DNA of 64,000 nt from an uncultured delta proteobacterium. GTDB lineage: Bacteria; Desulfobacterota; RBG-13-43-22. A model generated the notes under the pieces. That model was given only the letters and a program-made list of their open reading frames with translations, had not been told where the DNA came from and did no database searches. A program made the position numbers and the translations under genes. Below are positions 31,707-40,941 of this stretch, one piece after another (position 1 is the stretch's first letter; every line of letters starts with the position of its first letter). The DNA lies in NCBI GenBank assembly GCA_963802945.1, contig CAWDKY010000017.1:288001-352000 (forward strand), in the 5' to 3' direction.

Positions 31707-32885
31707 TCAAATTACCAAATTCCTTTTGACTATTTCTGCTACATCCATCACCTGGAGTTTGTCGTCCAATGCCTCTGCCTTGACGGCATCTTCAAGCATC
31801 TTGGCGCATTGAGGGCAGACCACCGCTAAAATCTCGGCACTGGTTTCTAGGGCTTCCCGAACGCGGACCCTGGCCGGACTGTCTTCCCCCGGCCCGATGA
31901 TGTCGGTGAAGAAATTTCCCCCACCTCCGCCACAGCAAAAGGCACTCTCTCTGTTCCTGCGCATCTCCACCAATTCCAGACCGGGGATGCTCTTTAATAT
32001 CTCTCGCGGGGGACTATAAATTTGATTGTGCCGGCCCAGATAGCAGGGATCATGATAAGTTACTTTGGCTTGGAATTTTGACAGGGCTATTTTTTTATCT
32101 TCGATCAATCCGGCCAGGATTTCCGTAAAGTGAAAGACCTCAAAATTTCCTCTCAGTTTTGGGTAATCCTTCTTAAAGGTGTTCAGGGCATGAGGGTCCA
32201 GGGTGATGATTTTTTTGACGTCCATTTTTTTGAATTCCATGATGTTATTTTCGGCCAATTGAGCAAAAAGCCCGGTCTCTCCCAGGACCTTGACCTCGTT
32301 CCCGTCGCAGGTCTCCCGGTAGCCCAATATACCCACGGACAAGCCTACAGCAGAAAGCAGGCCCCCCACGTTGCGGGCCATCCTTTGTCCTACCTCATCA
32401 TAAGACCCGACACAACCGACATAAAACAGATACTCCTGATTGGAAAATTCTTGCAATCCGGTTTCTTCGGCCCATTTCCCCCTGTCCTCTTGAGGCCGCT
32501 TATAAGGGTTGCCGTTCACAGAAATGGCCTTGAAATAATCTCTGACCTGTGGGGGAATCTTCCCCTCATTGACCAATTCCGCTTTGGTCTCCTGAAAAAT
32601 TTCCGGCAGATAATCCTTGAATCTCGGAAAAACGCACTGCTCCTTGCAGTTGTCGCAGGCGGCACAGGAGTAAAGGATTTCGGCAAAGTGAGAGCTTGTT
32701 TCTATCTCTCCGTTGAGCCAAGCCCTGATGAGCCACATCCGGCCCCCTGGGGAATAGGTGTCCCACCCAAAGGCTTTATAGGATGGACAATTGAAGTCAA
32801 CATAGTCTTCGGGGAACTTACAATATCCGCACCGAAAACAGCGATGAACGATCTCCGCGTGTTCTATTTCATGGACGTAGGCCAT
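31707..32885 (-). CDS. Fe-S oxidoreductase, GlcF/HdrD-like
   Basis: CFRCGYC, CAACDNC...C, YVGC, YHDPCYLGR, FCCGGGG, CPQC. Confidence 0.88.
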   Translation of the reverse strand: MAYVHEIEHAEIVHRCFRCGYCKFPEDYVDFNCPSYKAFGWDTYSPGGRMWLIRAWLNGEIETSSHFAEILYSCAACDNCKEQCVFPRFKDYLPEIFQETKAELVNEGKIPPQVRDYFKAISVNGNPYKRPQEDRGKWAEETGLQEFSNQEYLFYVGCVGSYDEVGQRMARNVGGLLSAVGLSVGILGYRETCDGNEVKVLGETGLFAQLAENNIMEFKKMDVKKIITLDPHALNTFKKDYPKLRGNFEVFHFTEILAGLIEDKKIALSKFQAKVTYHDPCYLGRHNQIYSPPREILKSIPGLELVEMRRNRESAFCCGGGGGNFFTDIIGPGEDSPARVRVREALETSAEILAVVCPQCAKMLEDAVKAEALDDKLQVMDVAEIVKRNLVI

Positions 32886-32886
32886 A

Positions 32887-34266
32887 TCAATTCACCTCCC
32901 AGTTGCCGGGATTCATGATACCCTGGGGATCCAGGTTTTTTTTGATCATCTGAAGCAACTTCCGCGTGTTGGGATCCATTTTTTCCAACGTCATCTTCTG
33001 TTCCATATAATTGGGCTTCCAGGGAATCCCTCCCATCTTTAAAGCAAATTCGGTTGCTTCTTCCAGGGCCGCCTTCACCCTGGCCATCATGGCTGGATCG
33101 GCCCGGTTAAAGGCAAAGGAGATGCTGAACATCATGGAATGCCCTCCGGAGATCACCCTGGCCGAACTGGCATACAGGACTTCGTATTTTTCCGCCAATT
33201 CGACAACCTTGGCAGCGTATTGGGGGAAGTGCTCAATCAAGGTTATGGGACCCGAATATTCGAATCCCCCTCCTCTGGGCACGTCGGCAAAGGCCGCGAC
33301 CCCTCTTTGGGGCATCTCCAAAAGGGTGTCTCTCAAAAACTCCAGACCCATGAATCCGCCGTCCTTTGAATCGATAAACTCCTGCACCGCATCCCAGATC
33401 ATCTTTCTTTTAAAGGCCACCTCTTCTTCCGTATCACCGGTAAAGTAGATGGTGATGTGATAATTATCCTTGAACAGTAACGGTCTGGGTTGAAACCAGA
33501 CATTGATATCTTCCAACATTTCTAGATGGGTGAGCTTGTACAGAATCTCCGAAACTAAATTTACCCTGTCGGTGACGAATAATTCGACCTCTCTCATTTT
33601 TTTGTTCGGGTAGAGTTTCAAGCCCACTTTGGTTAATATCCCGGTTGTGCCCAGCCAGCCCAAAAAGAGACCGGATAGGTCAGGGAGGGTCGGGCCTTTG
33701 GAAAACCAGTAAGGTCCCAATGAAGGGGATCCGACCTTGCAGATATCTCCTGTTGGCAGCACAACTTCCAGGCCGGTGACCATGTCGGAGTTGAAACCGT
33801 ACTGTTGGGTGAGCCGGCCCTGACCGTGAAGGGATACATTGGCAGCTATGGTCGTGGTGGGTGGTGCATCAGGAAGGCTGTGCCTCAGATGAGGATAATG
33901 ATCCTGCAAAAAGGCCTTCAGAACCCCCTGGGAAGTCCCCCCTTCGACCACGGCGTAGCGGGCCTTTTCATTCACTTCCAATATCTTGTTCATACGCTTC
34001 ATGTCCATGACGATGCCGCCCTTCAAGGGGATAACCAGACCAGTCAAGGACATGCCGTTTCCCATGGGTACGATGGGTATTTTTTCTCTTATGGCTAATT
34101 GGATCACCTTTTGGACCTGCTCGGTTGTTTTTGGAGCCACGACATAATCCGGGAGGTGCGGGGCCAATACCCCGGGGTCTCGTGAATAAAACCACAGTTC
34201 TTCGGGAGTATTAGAAACACCCCGTTCGCCGACTATTTCTCTGAGAGACTTCAATATCTCACTCAT
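32887..34266 (-). CDS. FAD-binding oxidoreductase, GlcD/D-lactate dehydrogenase (VAO) family
   Basis: P.YVV.P.TTEQV, P.G.G.SL.G, V.GLEVVLPTG, K..LDP.GIMNPG. Confidence 0.9.
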   Translation of the reverse strand: MSEILKSLREIVGERGVSNTPEELWFYSRDPGVLAPHLPDYVVAPKTTEQVQKVIQLAIREKIPIVPMGNGMSLTGLVIPLKGGIVMDMKRMNKILEVNEKARYAVVEGGTSQGVLKAFLQDHYPHLRHSLPDAPPTTTIAANVSLHGQGRLTQQYGFNSDMVTGLEVVLPTGDICKVGSPSLGPYWFSKGPTLPDLSGLFLGWLGTTGILTKVGLKLYPNKKMREVELFVTDRVNLVSEILYKLTHLEMLEDINVWFQPRPLLFKDNYHITIYFTGDTEEEVAFKRKMIWDAVQEFIDSKDGGFMGLEFLRDTLLEMPQRGVAAFADVPRGGGFEYSGPITLIEHFPQYAAKVVELAEKYEVLYASSARVISGGHSMMFSISFAFNRADPAMMARVKAALEEATEFALKMGGIPWKPNYMEQKMTLEKMDPNTRKLLQMIKKNLDPQGIMNPGNWEVN

Positions 34267-34267
34267 C

Positions 34268-35296
34268 TTACTCGGCCCCCCTTTCTTTTTCCCCGATGGC
34301 CATCTTGCATAGGTCAATGATATGGATCGGTTTTAAGCCTTTTTTTGACACCTTTTCCGACAGAGATGTCTGACAGGCCGGGCAGTTAAAGACACAATAC
34401 TTGGCCCCAACGCTTACCATGTCGGCGATGTTCTTCTGTTGGACATCATCCGCCAATTGATATCCGGCAACGGACCGGAGGATCTCGGCGCAACAAAGGG
34501 CATTTTCCTCTTGATAGATCCTGTCCGGCAGTTCAACGCCGATTAAATTCAGTATTTCCTTGACCAGATGGTGCTTGTCGGGAATTAACCGGTTGGAACA
34601 AGGGCGCTGATAGGCGGCCTTGATGTTGAGGGGCTTTATTTTATCTTTCAATTCCCTCAGCCTTTCCAACAAAAAATCCATATAGTAAACGGGTTTAAAG
34701 GGAACTTCCAATCCATAAGCCGGGGCGATGGAAGTGAACGTGCCGTAACATTCATCGTGGAGACAGATAACCTCTTTCACTCCCAGTTTCACAAAATTAT
34801 TGATGACTACCGGGAGTCGTTCTTTAATGACCGACATCTTGGCAAAATGACTGTGAACGGCCGGGCACATGAATTCGGCACCGAACACCATGGCCGAGGA
34901 TACCTCTTTGAAGATTTCTCCTGTACCCAATTCGCCGAGAGCCGGGATGAAACAGCAGGAGATGGCCTTGTCCTTAACAGCCCCGACCATCTGCTTACCC
35001 TGCATCAGGGTCATATTAATCCACTGATTGGTGATGGGTCTTGGGGCGGTGTAGATGCCCTTTTCTTCCCGACGCTCTTCGATGAGGTAGAAGGGATGAT
35101 TCCCTCTGGGGCAATATTCCTCACAGGCGTAACAGGTGACACATTCATGCAGCACACGGGAGTCTTCCCCCTTGACCACCTTCATCATCTCCTCGTGGGC
35201 TTCCTTGACGCCAAATTTCATGTATTGGCATTTCACAAGGCAGTCGGCCGTCGGGCAGACGACACAAACATTTTCATTAAATTTTAAGGCTGCCAT
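34268..35296 (-). CDS. Fe-S oxidoreductase (paralog of 28730-29752)
   Basis: C..C...DCLVKC.Y, CVTCYACEEYCP, YQRPC, LCCA, CPAC. Confidence 0.82.
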   Translation of the reverse strand: MAALKFNENVCVVCPTADCLVKCQYMKFGVKEAHEEMMKVVKGEDSRVLHECVTCYACEEYCPRGNHPFYLIEERREEKGIYTAPRPITNQWINMTLMQGKQMVGAVKDKAISCCFIPALGELGTGEIFKEVSSAMVFGAEFMCPAVHSHFAKMSVIKERLPVVINNFVKLGVKEVICLHDECYGTFTSIAPAYGLEVPFKPVYYMDFLLERLRELKDKIKPLNIKAAYQRPCSNRLIPDKHHLVKEILNLIGVELPDRIYQEENALCCAEILRSVAGYQLADDVQQKNIADMVSVGAKYCVFNCPACQTSLSEKVSKKGLKPIHIIDLCKMAIGEKERGAE

Positions 35297-35429
35297 GAAA
35301 ACCTCCTTGTGGTTATTCTGGAAAGAGTTTATTCCCTTACCCTTATTATCCTATCTTCCTTTATTCTTTTAAAAAAAACAAGAAAAACCCCGCCGGACAT
35401 GCACGAGGTTCTTCGATAGGGATTGTTAT

Positions 35430-35765
35430 TTATTCTTTGGTTTTCTGTTTTTCCAATTCTCCCAGCCGTTGCTCAATAGAGCTGAGGATGTCCCTCAGGG
35501 AAGAGGCTTCATCCTTAAGCTGAGAGGCTTCTTCTTCGCTGGTTGGGTTATAAAACGGAAAGAAACCCCGTCTCCAGGCCCTGGGCCTTAAAAAATAACT
35601 CCCCAGACCTAAGCCCATGCCCATGAGGCCCCGTCCCATTCCCCGGCCTCTTCCACACCAGCCGAATCCGAATGAATTCCGGAGCATGCCGCTTCCGCAG
35701 TAACCTCGGCCTCCACCTGTCATTGGTCCCATTCCCATAGGACCTGTTCGATCAAATCCTGGCAT
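35430..35765 (-). CDS. DUF5320-family protein
   Basis: MPGFDRTGPMGMGPMTGGGRGYC, Gly/Arg-rich linker, C-terminal coiled coil. Confidence 0.85.
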   Translation of the reverse strand: MPGFDRTGPMGMGPMTGGGRGYCGSGMLRNSFGFGWCGRGRGMGRGLMGMGLGLGSYFLRPRAWRRGFFPFYNPTSEEEASQLKDEASSLRDILSSIEQRLGELEKQKTKE

Positions 35766-35901
35766 ATTACATCCCTCCTTCTTTGCCAGAATTGGCTCCC
35801 AAAGGGAACCAAGCTTTATTACTAAGTTCTCATGCCCCTTTGAAACATTGCAAAGCATGAAAATATTTTCACTAAACGACGAACGTTCTTTTTGTAATAC
35901 A

Positions 35902-36348
35902 TTATGACAATGTCTTTTCCCTTGAGCCATTAATATAATTCTCAAGGGCCTGTCGCAAGGTGTTCTGGGCCAATAAGGCGCAATGTCTTTCTTCTTCAGG
36001 AATTTGTTGAAACTGTTGCAAGATCGTTTCCTGATCAATATCCCCAGCCTCTTCTACGTCTTTCCCTTTGGCCAGGTCCGTAGCAATGGATGCGCAGGCC
36101 CGGCTGATGGCACACCCATTTACTTGGAATCGACTATCAATAATTTTGTTGCCCTGTATCTTAAGAGAAAACTCCATGGTATCTCCGCAGGGGCCGGTCA
36201 CCCGGGCATAACCATCCGGTTGCTCCATGGTTCCCTCATTGTATGAGGTAAAACCGGATTGGATAATTTTTTCGGAAAGGGATAGCTCTCTTTTCTCTTC
36301 TCCTTTGTAAGCAGACATGACTATAGTTTTGCTGTCACTTGAAGACAT
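35902..36348 (-). CDS. NifU/IscU-like Fe-S scaffold protein
   Basis: GPCGD, GCAISRACAS, R.HCA.LA...L. Confidence 0.85.
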   Translation of the reverse strand: MSSSDSKTIVMSAYKGEEKRELSLSEKIIQSGFTSYNEGTMEQPDGYARVTGPCGDTMEFSLKIQGNKIIDSRFQVNGCAISRACASIATDLAKGKDVEEAGDIDQETILQQFQQIPEEERHCALLAQNTLRQALENYINGSREKTLS

Positions 36349-36354
36349 CGCTGA

Positions 36355-37242
36355 TTAACCTCCCTTTTTTTCATTAAGCAATTGTTCTTGTATCTTTTTC
36401 AAGATATTTTCAATTTTTTTCCCCAGGCCGTTACGGCTCAATTCCGGGATGGTTTTCCCCTGGATCATGGCTTCGGTTACCACCGGGTCATAAGGGAGAT
36501 GCCCGGCCACTTCCAGGCCTTTATCCCGGCAATAGGTTTCAATCCGGTCGGACATCTCCTGATTCAGATCATATTTGTTGATGAGGACCGTACCTGGAAT
36601 CTTGAAATGACCGGCCAAATCGAGTACCCGGTTTAGATCATGCAGCCCTGAGAGGGTCGGTTCGGTGACGATCAAAACACCGTCTGCTCCGGTGAGTGAA
36701 GAAATGACCGGACAGCCGATGCCCGGCGGACCATCCACCAAAATCAAGGGCAGCCCTTTGGCCTCGGCTAGTTGCTGAGCTTTACCGCGGATAAGGGCCA
36801 CCAGCATCCCTGAATTCTCCTGTCCCGCGCCCAACTGGGCATGGACCATGGGTCCAAACCTCGTTTCGGAAACAAACCATTCCCCGCATAGGGCTAAAGG
36901 AAATTCTATGGCATCGACAGGGCAAAAATGGACACACACACCGCATCCTTCACAGGAGGTCGGGTCCACCCGAAAGTCTTCACTGATGGCCTCAAAACGG
37001 CAAGCTAACCGGCATTGCCCACACTCCGTGCATAATTCCTGGTTAATGACCGCCTTCCGTCCCCCCATGTATTCTTCCCGGCTTTTGATCTCGGGTGCAA
37101 GTAATAAATGCAGATCCGGGGCATCCACATCACAGTCGACCAGAACTTTATTCGGAACTATGGCGGCCAGGGCTCCCACCAGGCTGGTTTTGCCGGTGCC
37201 GCCTTTTCCACTTAAAACACATAATTCTTTTGGTTTATTCAT
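36355..37242 (-). CDS. MinD-type P-loop ATPase with inserted ferredoxin (ORP cluster)
   Basis: SGKGGTGKT, DCDVDAP, two 4Fe-4S motifs, DGPPGIGCP, TEPT. Confidence 0.9.
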   Translation of the reverse strand: MNKPKELCVLSGKGGTGKTSLVGALAAIVPNKVLVDCDVDAPDLHLLLAPEIKSREEYMGGRKAVINQELCTECGQCRLACRFEAISEDFRVDPTSCEGCGVCVHFCPVDAIEFPLALCGEWFVSETRFGPMVHAQLGAGQENSGMLVALIRGKAQQLAEAKGLPLILVDGPPGIGCPVISSLTGADGVLIVTEPTLSGLHDLNRVLDLAGHFKIPGTVLINKYDLNQEMSDRIETYCRDKGLEVAGHLPYDPVVTEAMIQGKTIPELSRNGLGKKIENILKKIQEQLLNEKKGG

Positions 37243-38086
37243 TGGAATATTTTTCTATCGGTCCCTTGATTTTTTCAAAAAGAACTTGAAATTGTTCCTT
37301 CAACTCGGGACGTATTTCAACGAGCGATTGTCCCTTCGCATAACCTTCGGCAATCCGGCGTTCAAATGGTATTTCCATTAGTAAAGGGATTCCTTTGGAT
37401 TGCAGATAGGTCTTGGTCTCATTATTTCCAACGTCGGCCCGGTTCAGGATCACACCACAAGGAATATCTAAAGTTTTTAAAGCCGCTATGGCCAACTTTA
37501 AATCAAAAAGGCCGAAAGGAGTCGGTTCGGTCACCAGGATGGTATAATCCGATCCTTTGACGGTCTGGACCACAGGGCAGGAAGTCCCCGGTGGGGCATC
37601 CAGTATGGCCAATATGTCATTCTTAATCCGCTTTTTAACCTCCCGGATCAAAGGAGGAGACATGGGTTCCCCGACCCGCAGCCGGCCATGAACAAAATGA
37701 ATGGAACCGGTCCAGCCCTCCTCAATTTCTCCCAATTCTTTCTGTGAAGGGATCAAGGCCTTTGGCTCACAGACCAGAAAGCAACCACCACAGGCATGAC
37801 ACATTTCAGGAAACGTAATGATTGTTTCTCCCAACACCAGGATGGCTTTGAACTGGCACAACTTCGAACAGGCCCGGCAATAGGTGCATTTTTCTTCATC
37901 AACCTGCGGGATCTGGAGATAAACCGTCTCTTTTTTCTCCCAACGGGGTTTCATGAAAATGTGTCCGTTGGGGGCTTCTACATCACAATCTAAAAGCTGC
38001 ACCGGTTCTTTCAGGGACAAGGCCAGGGCCACAGCCACACTGGTTTTGCCTGTTCCGCCTTTGCCGCTGGCTACACTAATGATCAC
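37235..38086 (-). CDS. MinD-type P-loop ATPase with inserted ferredoxin (ORP cluster)
   Basis: ASGKGGTGKT, DCDVEAPN, two 4Fe-4S motifs, DAPPGTSCP, TEPTPFG. Confidence 0.9.
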   Translation of the reverse strand: MIISVASGKGGTGKTSVAVALALSLKEPVQLLDCDVEAPNGHIFMKPRWEKKETVYLQIPQVDEEKCTYCRACSKLCQFKAILVLGETIITFPEMCHACGGCFLVCEPKALIPSQKELGEIEEGWTGSIHFVHGRLRVGEPMSPPLIREVKKRIKNDILAILDAPPGTSCPVVQTVKGSDYTILVTEPTPFGLFDLKLAIAALKTLDIPCGVILNRADVGNNETKTYLQSKGIPLLMEIPFERRIAEGYAKGQSLVEIRPELKEQFQVLFEKIKGPIEKYSNE

Positions 38087-39323
38087 AAACGTTTTCTCCG
38101 GTAATCAAGGTTTGATTGATATAATGGGCAACCAATTCCTCCAGACCCAATTGCGGCGCCCCGGTTAATACCTTGATGCCCTGTTCATTGAAAAGGCTGA
38201 TCGCCCTCTGGCCCATGCCGCCGGCAATAATCAGATTAACCCCTTTTTCTCCCAACCAACGCGGCAGGAGGCCGGGTTCATGGGGAGGAGGGGTGACCAT
38301 TGTTTTATGGACAATGTTCTTCCCTTGTAAATCGATCAGGGCAAACTGTTCGCAGTGACCAAAATGATTACAAAGGATACCCTCAGCCATGGGGATGGCA
38401 ATCTTTACACTGTCAACTATTTGATTATTGGAATCCATTTCAGATATAACCTCCGTTATTGGTTTTATTATTTCCTTTCGGGCTTGGTTGGCTGTAAAGA
38501 CTATTTTATCGATAATACCCTCCAGGGCAGTTTTAACAGCCTGGGACAAGGCATGAAAAAGATAAGCCTCTCCTTGATCGCCCATTTCCATTAGCCGGAT
38601 ATCAAAAGGGATACTTCCCAAAAAGGGGACTTGCATTAAAACGGCCGTTTGTTTCCCCCCGCCTTTTTTGAATATGGCCGACTCCTGTCCGCAATGAGGA
38701 CAGATATAACCGCTCATGTTTTCCACCAATCCCAATATAGGCATTTTGACCTGACGGCAAAAATTGATGGATTTTCTGACATCGGATAAGGAGATCTCTT
38801 GGGGGGTGGTAACAATGATCGCCTGGGCATCTGGGATGGTCTGGGCCACGGTCAGGGGCTCATCGCCTGTTCCCGGCGGGGAATCGATGATCAAGAAATC
38901 CAAGTCGTCCCAAATGACATCGGCAAGGAACTGGCGAATGACACCGATTTTTACAGGCCCCCGCCAGATGGTTGGGGCATCCTTATCGGGCATCAGCACC
39001 TCAATAGAGATCATTTTTAAATTGGCATTTACAGGCACTGGAGAAATTCCCTTTTCCGGTTCAAAGGAGGCTAGGCCGCCACGTCCGAGCATCCGCGGGA
39101 TACTGGGACCATGGAGGTCCACGTCCATAAGTCCGACCTGAAAGCCTTTTTGAGCTAGTCCGGCGGCCAGGTTTACGGCCAAACTACTTTTCCCCACGCC
39201 CCCCTTTCCGCTCATGACCAATAATTTATTCTTAATCCGGGATAATGACTTGTTAATTAAGACATCCTCGGCCCTCCTCTGGGATTCGTGTTCCATATTG
39301 GAATCCTGCGCACAACCACTCAT
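38076..39323 (-). CDS. MrpORP: Mrp/NBP35 ATPase fused to NifB/NifX-like domain
   Basis: SGKGGVGKS, DSPPGTGDE, CPHC, then KIAIP...HFGHC...PPHEPG...GGMG...CDH. Confidence 0.9.
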   Translation of the reverse strand: MSGCAQDSNMEHESQRRAEDVLINKSLSRIKNKLLVMSGKGGVGKSSLAVNLAAGLAQKGFQVGLMDVDLHGPSIPRMLGRGGLASFEPEKGISPVPVNANLKMISIEVLMPDKDAPTIWRGPVKIGVIRQFLADVIWDDLDFLIIDSPPGTGDEPLTVAQTIPDAQAIIVTTPQEISLSDVRKSINFCRQVKMPILGLVENMSGYICPHCGQESAIFKKGGGKQTAVLMQVPFLGSIPFDIRLMEMGDQGEAYLFHALSQAVKTALEGIIDKIVFTANQARKEIIKPITEVISEMDSNNQIVDSVKIAIPMAEGILCNHFGHCEQFALIDLQGKNIVHKTMVTPPPHEPGLLPRWLGEKGVNLIIAGGMGQRAISLFNEQGIKVLTGAPQLGLEELVAHYINQTLITGENVCDH

Positions 39324-39530
39324 ATCTGAAACTCCTTTCAACTTTGTTTTTTGTTTTAAATTTTTCTTTATTTTCAAAAACTATTTTTCTCTAACACTCT
39401 TTTGTTTCTTACAGAGTTCACAGAGAGCACCGAGTTTGAGCCCCACCCCCGGAGGAGCGAGAGGTGGGCCCCCTTCAGGGGTGGGACTCGCCCGGCGTTT
39501 GCCGGAAAGGTATTTCTTTCTTTTTTATCT

Positions 39531-39737
39531 TTATTCCCGAACCATAGTGGTCCCGCAGTTGGGACATTTCTTTATATTGCAGGGAATCCCCCGGGCATGG
39601 GGGCTCTTCTGACCACATTTAGGGCAGACACAATTTCCGCCGGCTCCCATACCGGCACCCCTACCCATTCCTCGTCCTGATCCGAGACCTCCACCGGAAC
39701 CTTTTCCGGCCGGGCCGGTACCATCTCTTCTGGGCAT
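39531..39737 (-). CDS. Small Gly-rich, Cys-rich zinc-finger-like protein
   Basis: MPRRDGTGP start with AGGAG RBS; CVCPKCG...PC...CPNCG. Confidence 0.75.
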   Translation of the reverse strand: MPRRDGTGPAGKGSGGGLGSGRGMGRGAGMGAGGNCVCPKCGQKSPHARGIPCNIKKCPNCGTTMVRE

Positions 39738-39830
39738 AACTCCTCCTATCTTTTTTGTGACTTGAGATGTTTCTCTGTTACTTTTGTTAATTCTGCAATC
39801 CGTATTCCGCAATCTAAAATTGAAGCTGGT

Positions 39831-40196
39831 TTATCCCCAATGCCCCTCAACATTAGGGGACTCGGCAAAGTTGAGTTTCCCTTGTTTATATTGATCAATA
39901 GCCTCCTGAACTTTCCCGGAAATTCCCACCGCCACTTTGATCCCGGCGGCCTGGAGCACTCTAAAGGCCTTGGGGCCGCAATTGCCGGTTAAGACCATCT
40001 TTGCCCCATGTTCCACAACCGTTTGAGCAGCCTGAATCCCGGCGCCTTGAGGCAATTGTAGGTTCTGTCTGTTTTCTAAAACCTCAAATTTCATTGTTTC
40101 CGGATCGACCAATAAGAAAAATCCGGCTCTTCCGAAACGAGGATCGATTTCAGAATCCAGGGTATTTCCTTTGGAACTGACAGCTATTTTCATCAT
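39831..40196 (-). CDS. Orange protein-like NifB/NifX-family Mo-Fe cluster-binding protein
   Basis: MKIAVSS...DPRFGRA, GAGIQAA, TGNCGPKAF, PNVEGHW. Confidence 0.88.
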   Translation of the reverse strand: MMKIAVSSKGNTLDSEIDPRFGRAGFFLLVDPETMKFEVLENRQNLQLPQGAGIQAAQTVVEHGAKMVLTGNCGPKAFRVLQAAGIKVAVGISGKVQEAIDQYKQGKLNFAESPNVEGHWG

Positions 40197-40233
40197 TTCT
40201 TCCTTTTTTTTGAGATTACCTATCATATTTCCA

Positions 40234-40419
40234 TCACCCTTCTTTAATGGTGATTGCCCCTGTTTCACAGACCTCAATGCAACTCTCACAACCCAAACAC
40301 TCATCGGGATTGACTGCTACTGCCTTATTATCCCGAAGTTCAAAAACCTCAACCGGGCAGACCTCCACACAATTACCGTCGCCTATACATTTCTCGGTAT
40401 CTACTGCAACTATAAACAT
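40234..40419 (-). CDS. Small dicluster ferredoxin
   Basis: CIGDGNCVEVCP (Asp at second ligand position) and CLGCESCIEVC; GAGG RBS. Confidence 0.85.
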   Translation of the reverse strand: MFIVAVDTEKCIGDGNCVEVCPVEVFELRDNKAVAVNPDECLGCESCIEVCETGAITIKEG

Positions 40420-40772
40420 CCTCTTCGCCTCCCTTGTCTTTTCCTTGCCCGGCAACAGGGCACATTCAATTTTCCTCCCAAGTATTCTTCAATGATGATA
40501 TCCACTTCCCCGTAAAGGGGATAGGCCACCTGGATTCCGAAACGATTCAATCCATTTCTGTCTTCAAGGCGAATACCGCCGCAGATCAATTGTCTTATGC
40601 CCAATCGTTTTAAATAAATTATTTTTTCATCCGGCGGCCAGTCGCTGATATCCAGCTCTCTTTTTTCCACCAGTTGGTCTTTCTCAATTTCCAGGACCAA
40701 TAACTTCCTGGCACAGTCCAGCCGTGGAGAGATGCGATCTAAAAAAATTGGGATTGCCACTTTCATCATCAT
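40410..40772 (-). CDS. NifB/NifX-family protein
   Basis: MKVAIP...RISPRLD.A, LICGGI. Confidence 0.8.
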   Translation of the reverse strand: MMMKVAIPIFLDRISPRLDCARKLLVLEIEKDQLVEKRELDISDWPPDEKIIYLKRLGIRQLICGGIRLEDRNGLNRFGIQVAYPLYGEVDIIIEEYLGGKLNVPCCRARKRQGRRRGCL

Positions 40773-40792
40773 CAGTCCTCTCCTATTATCAA

Positions 40793-40808
40793 TTCAAGAA
40801 GGATGCCA
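40793..40808 (-). promoter_or_regulatory. Candidate sigma54 -24/-12 promoter of the ORP operon
   Basis: TGGCAT-CCTTC-TTGAA (GG-N10-GA, one deviation from GG-N10-GC) about 20 nt before the first ORP gene. Confidence 0.55.
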
Positions 40809-40877
40809 AGAGATCACCTGATTATATATTCTAATAAAATGAAATGGTTATGGTGAGGCAACGAGAATTAGAGGTTT

Positions 40878-40922
40878 AATGAAACTATTGCAAAATGCAA
40901 TAGTTTCATTGCAAAATTGCAA
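40878..40922. promoter_or_regulatory. Palindromic upstream activator site and/or terminator
   Basis: Perfect 15-bp inverted repeat AATGAAACTATTGCA-aaa-TGCAATAGTTTCATT plus a second TTGCA-N4-TGCAA. Confidence 0.55.
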
Positions 40923-40941
40923 TTTACAATCTGAGAGAGAA

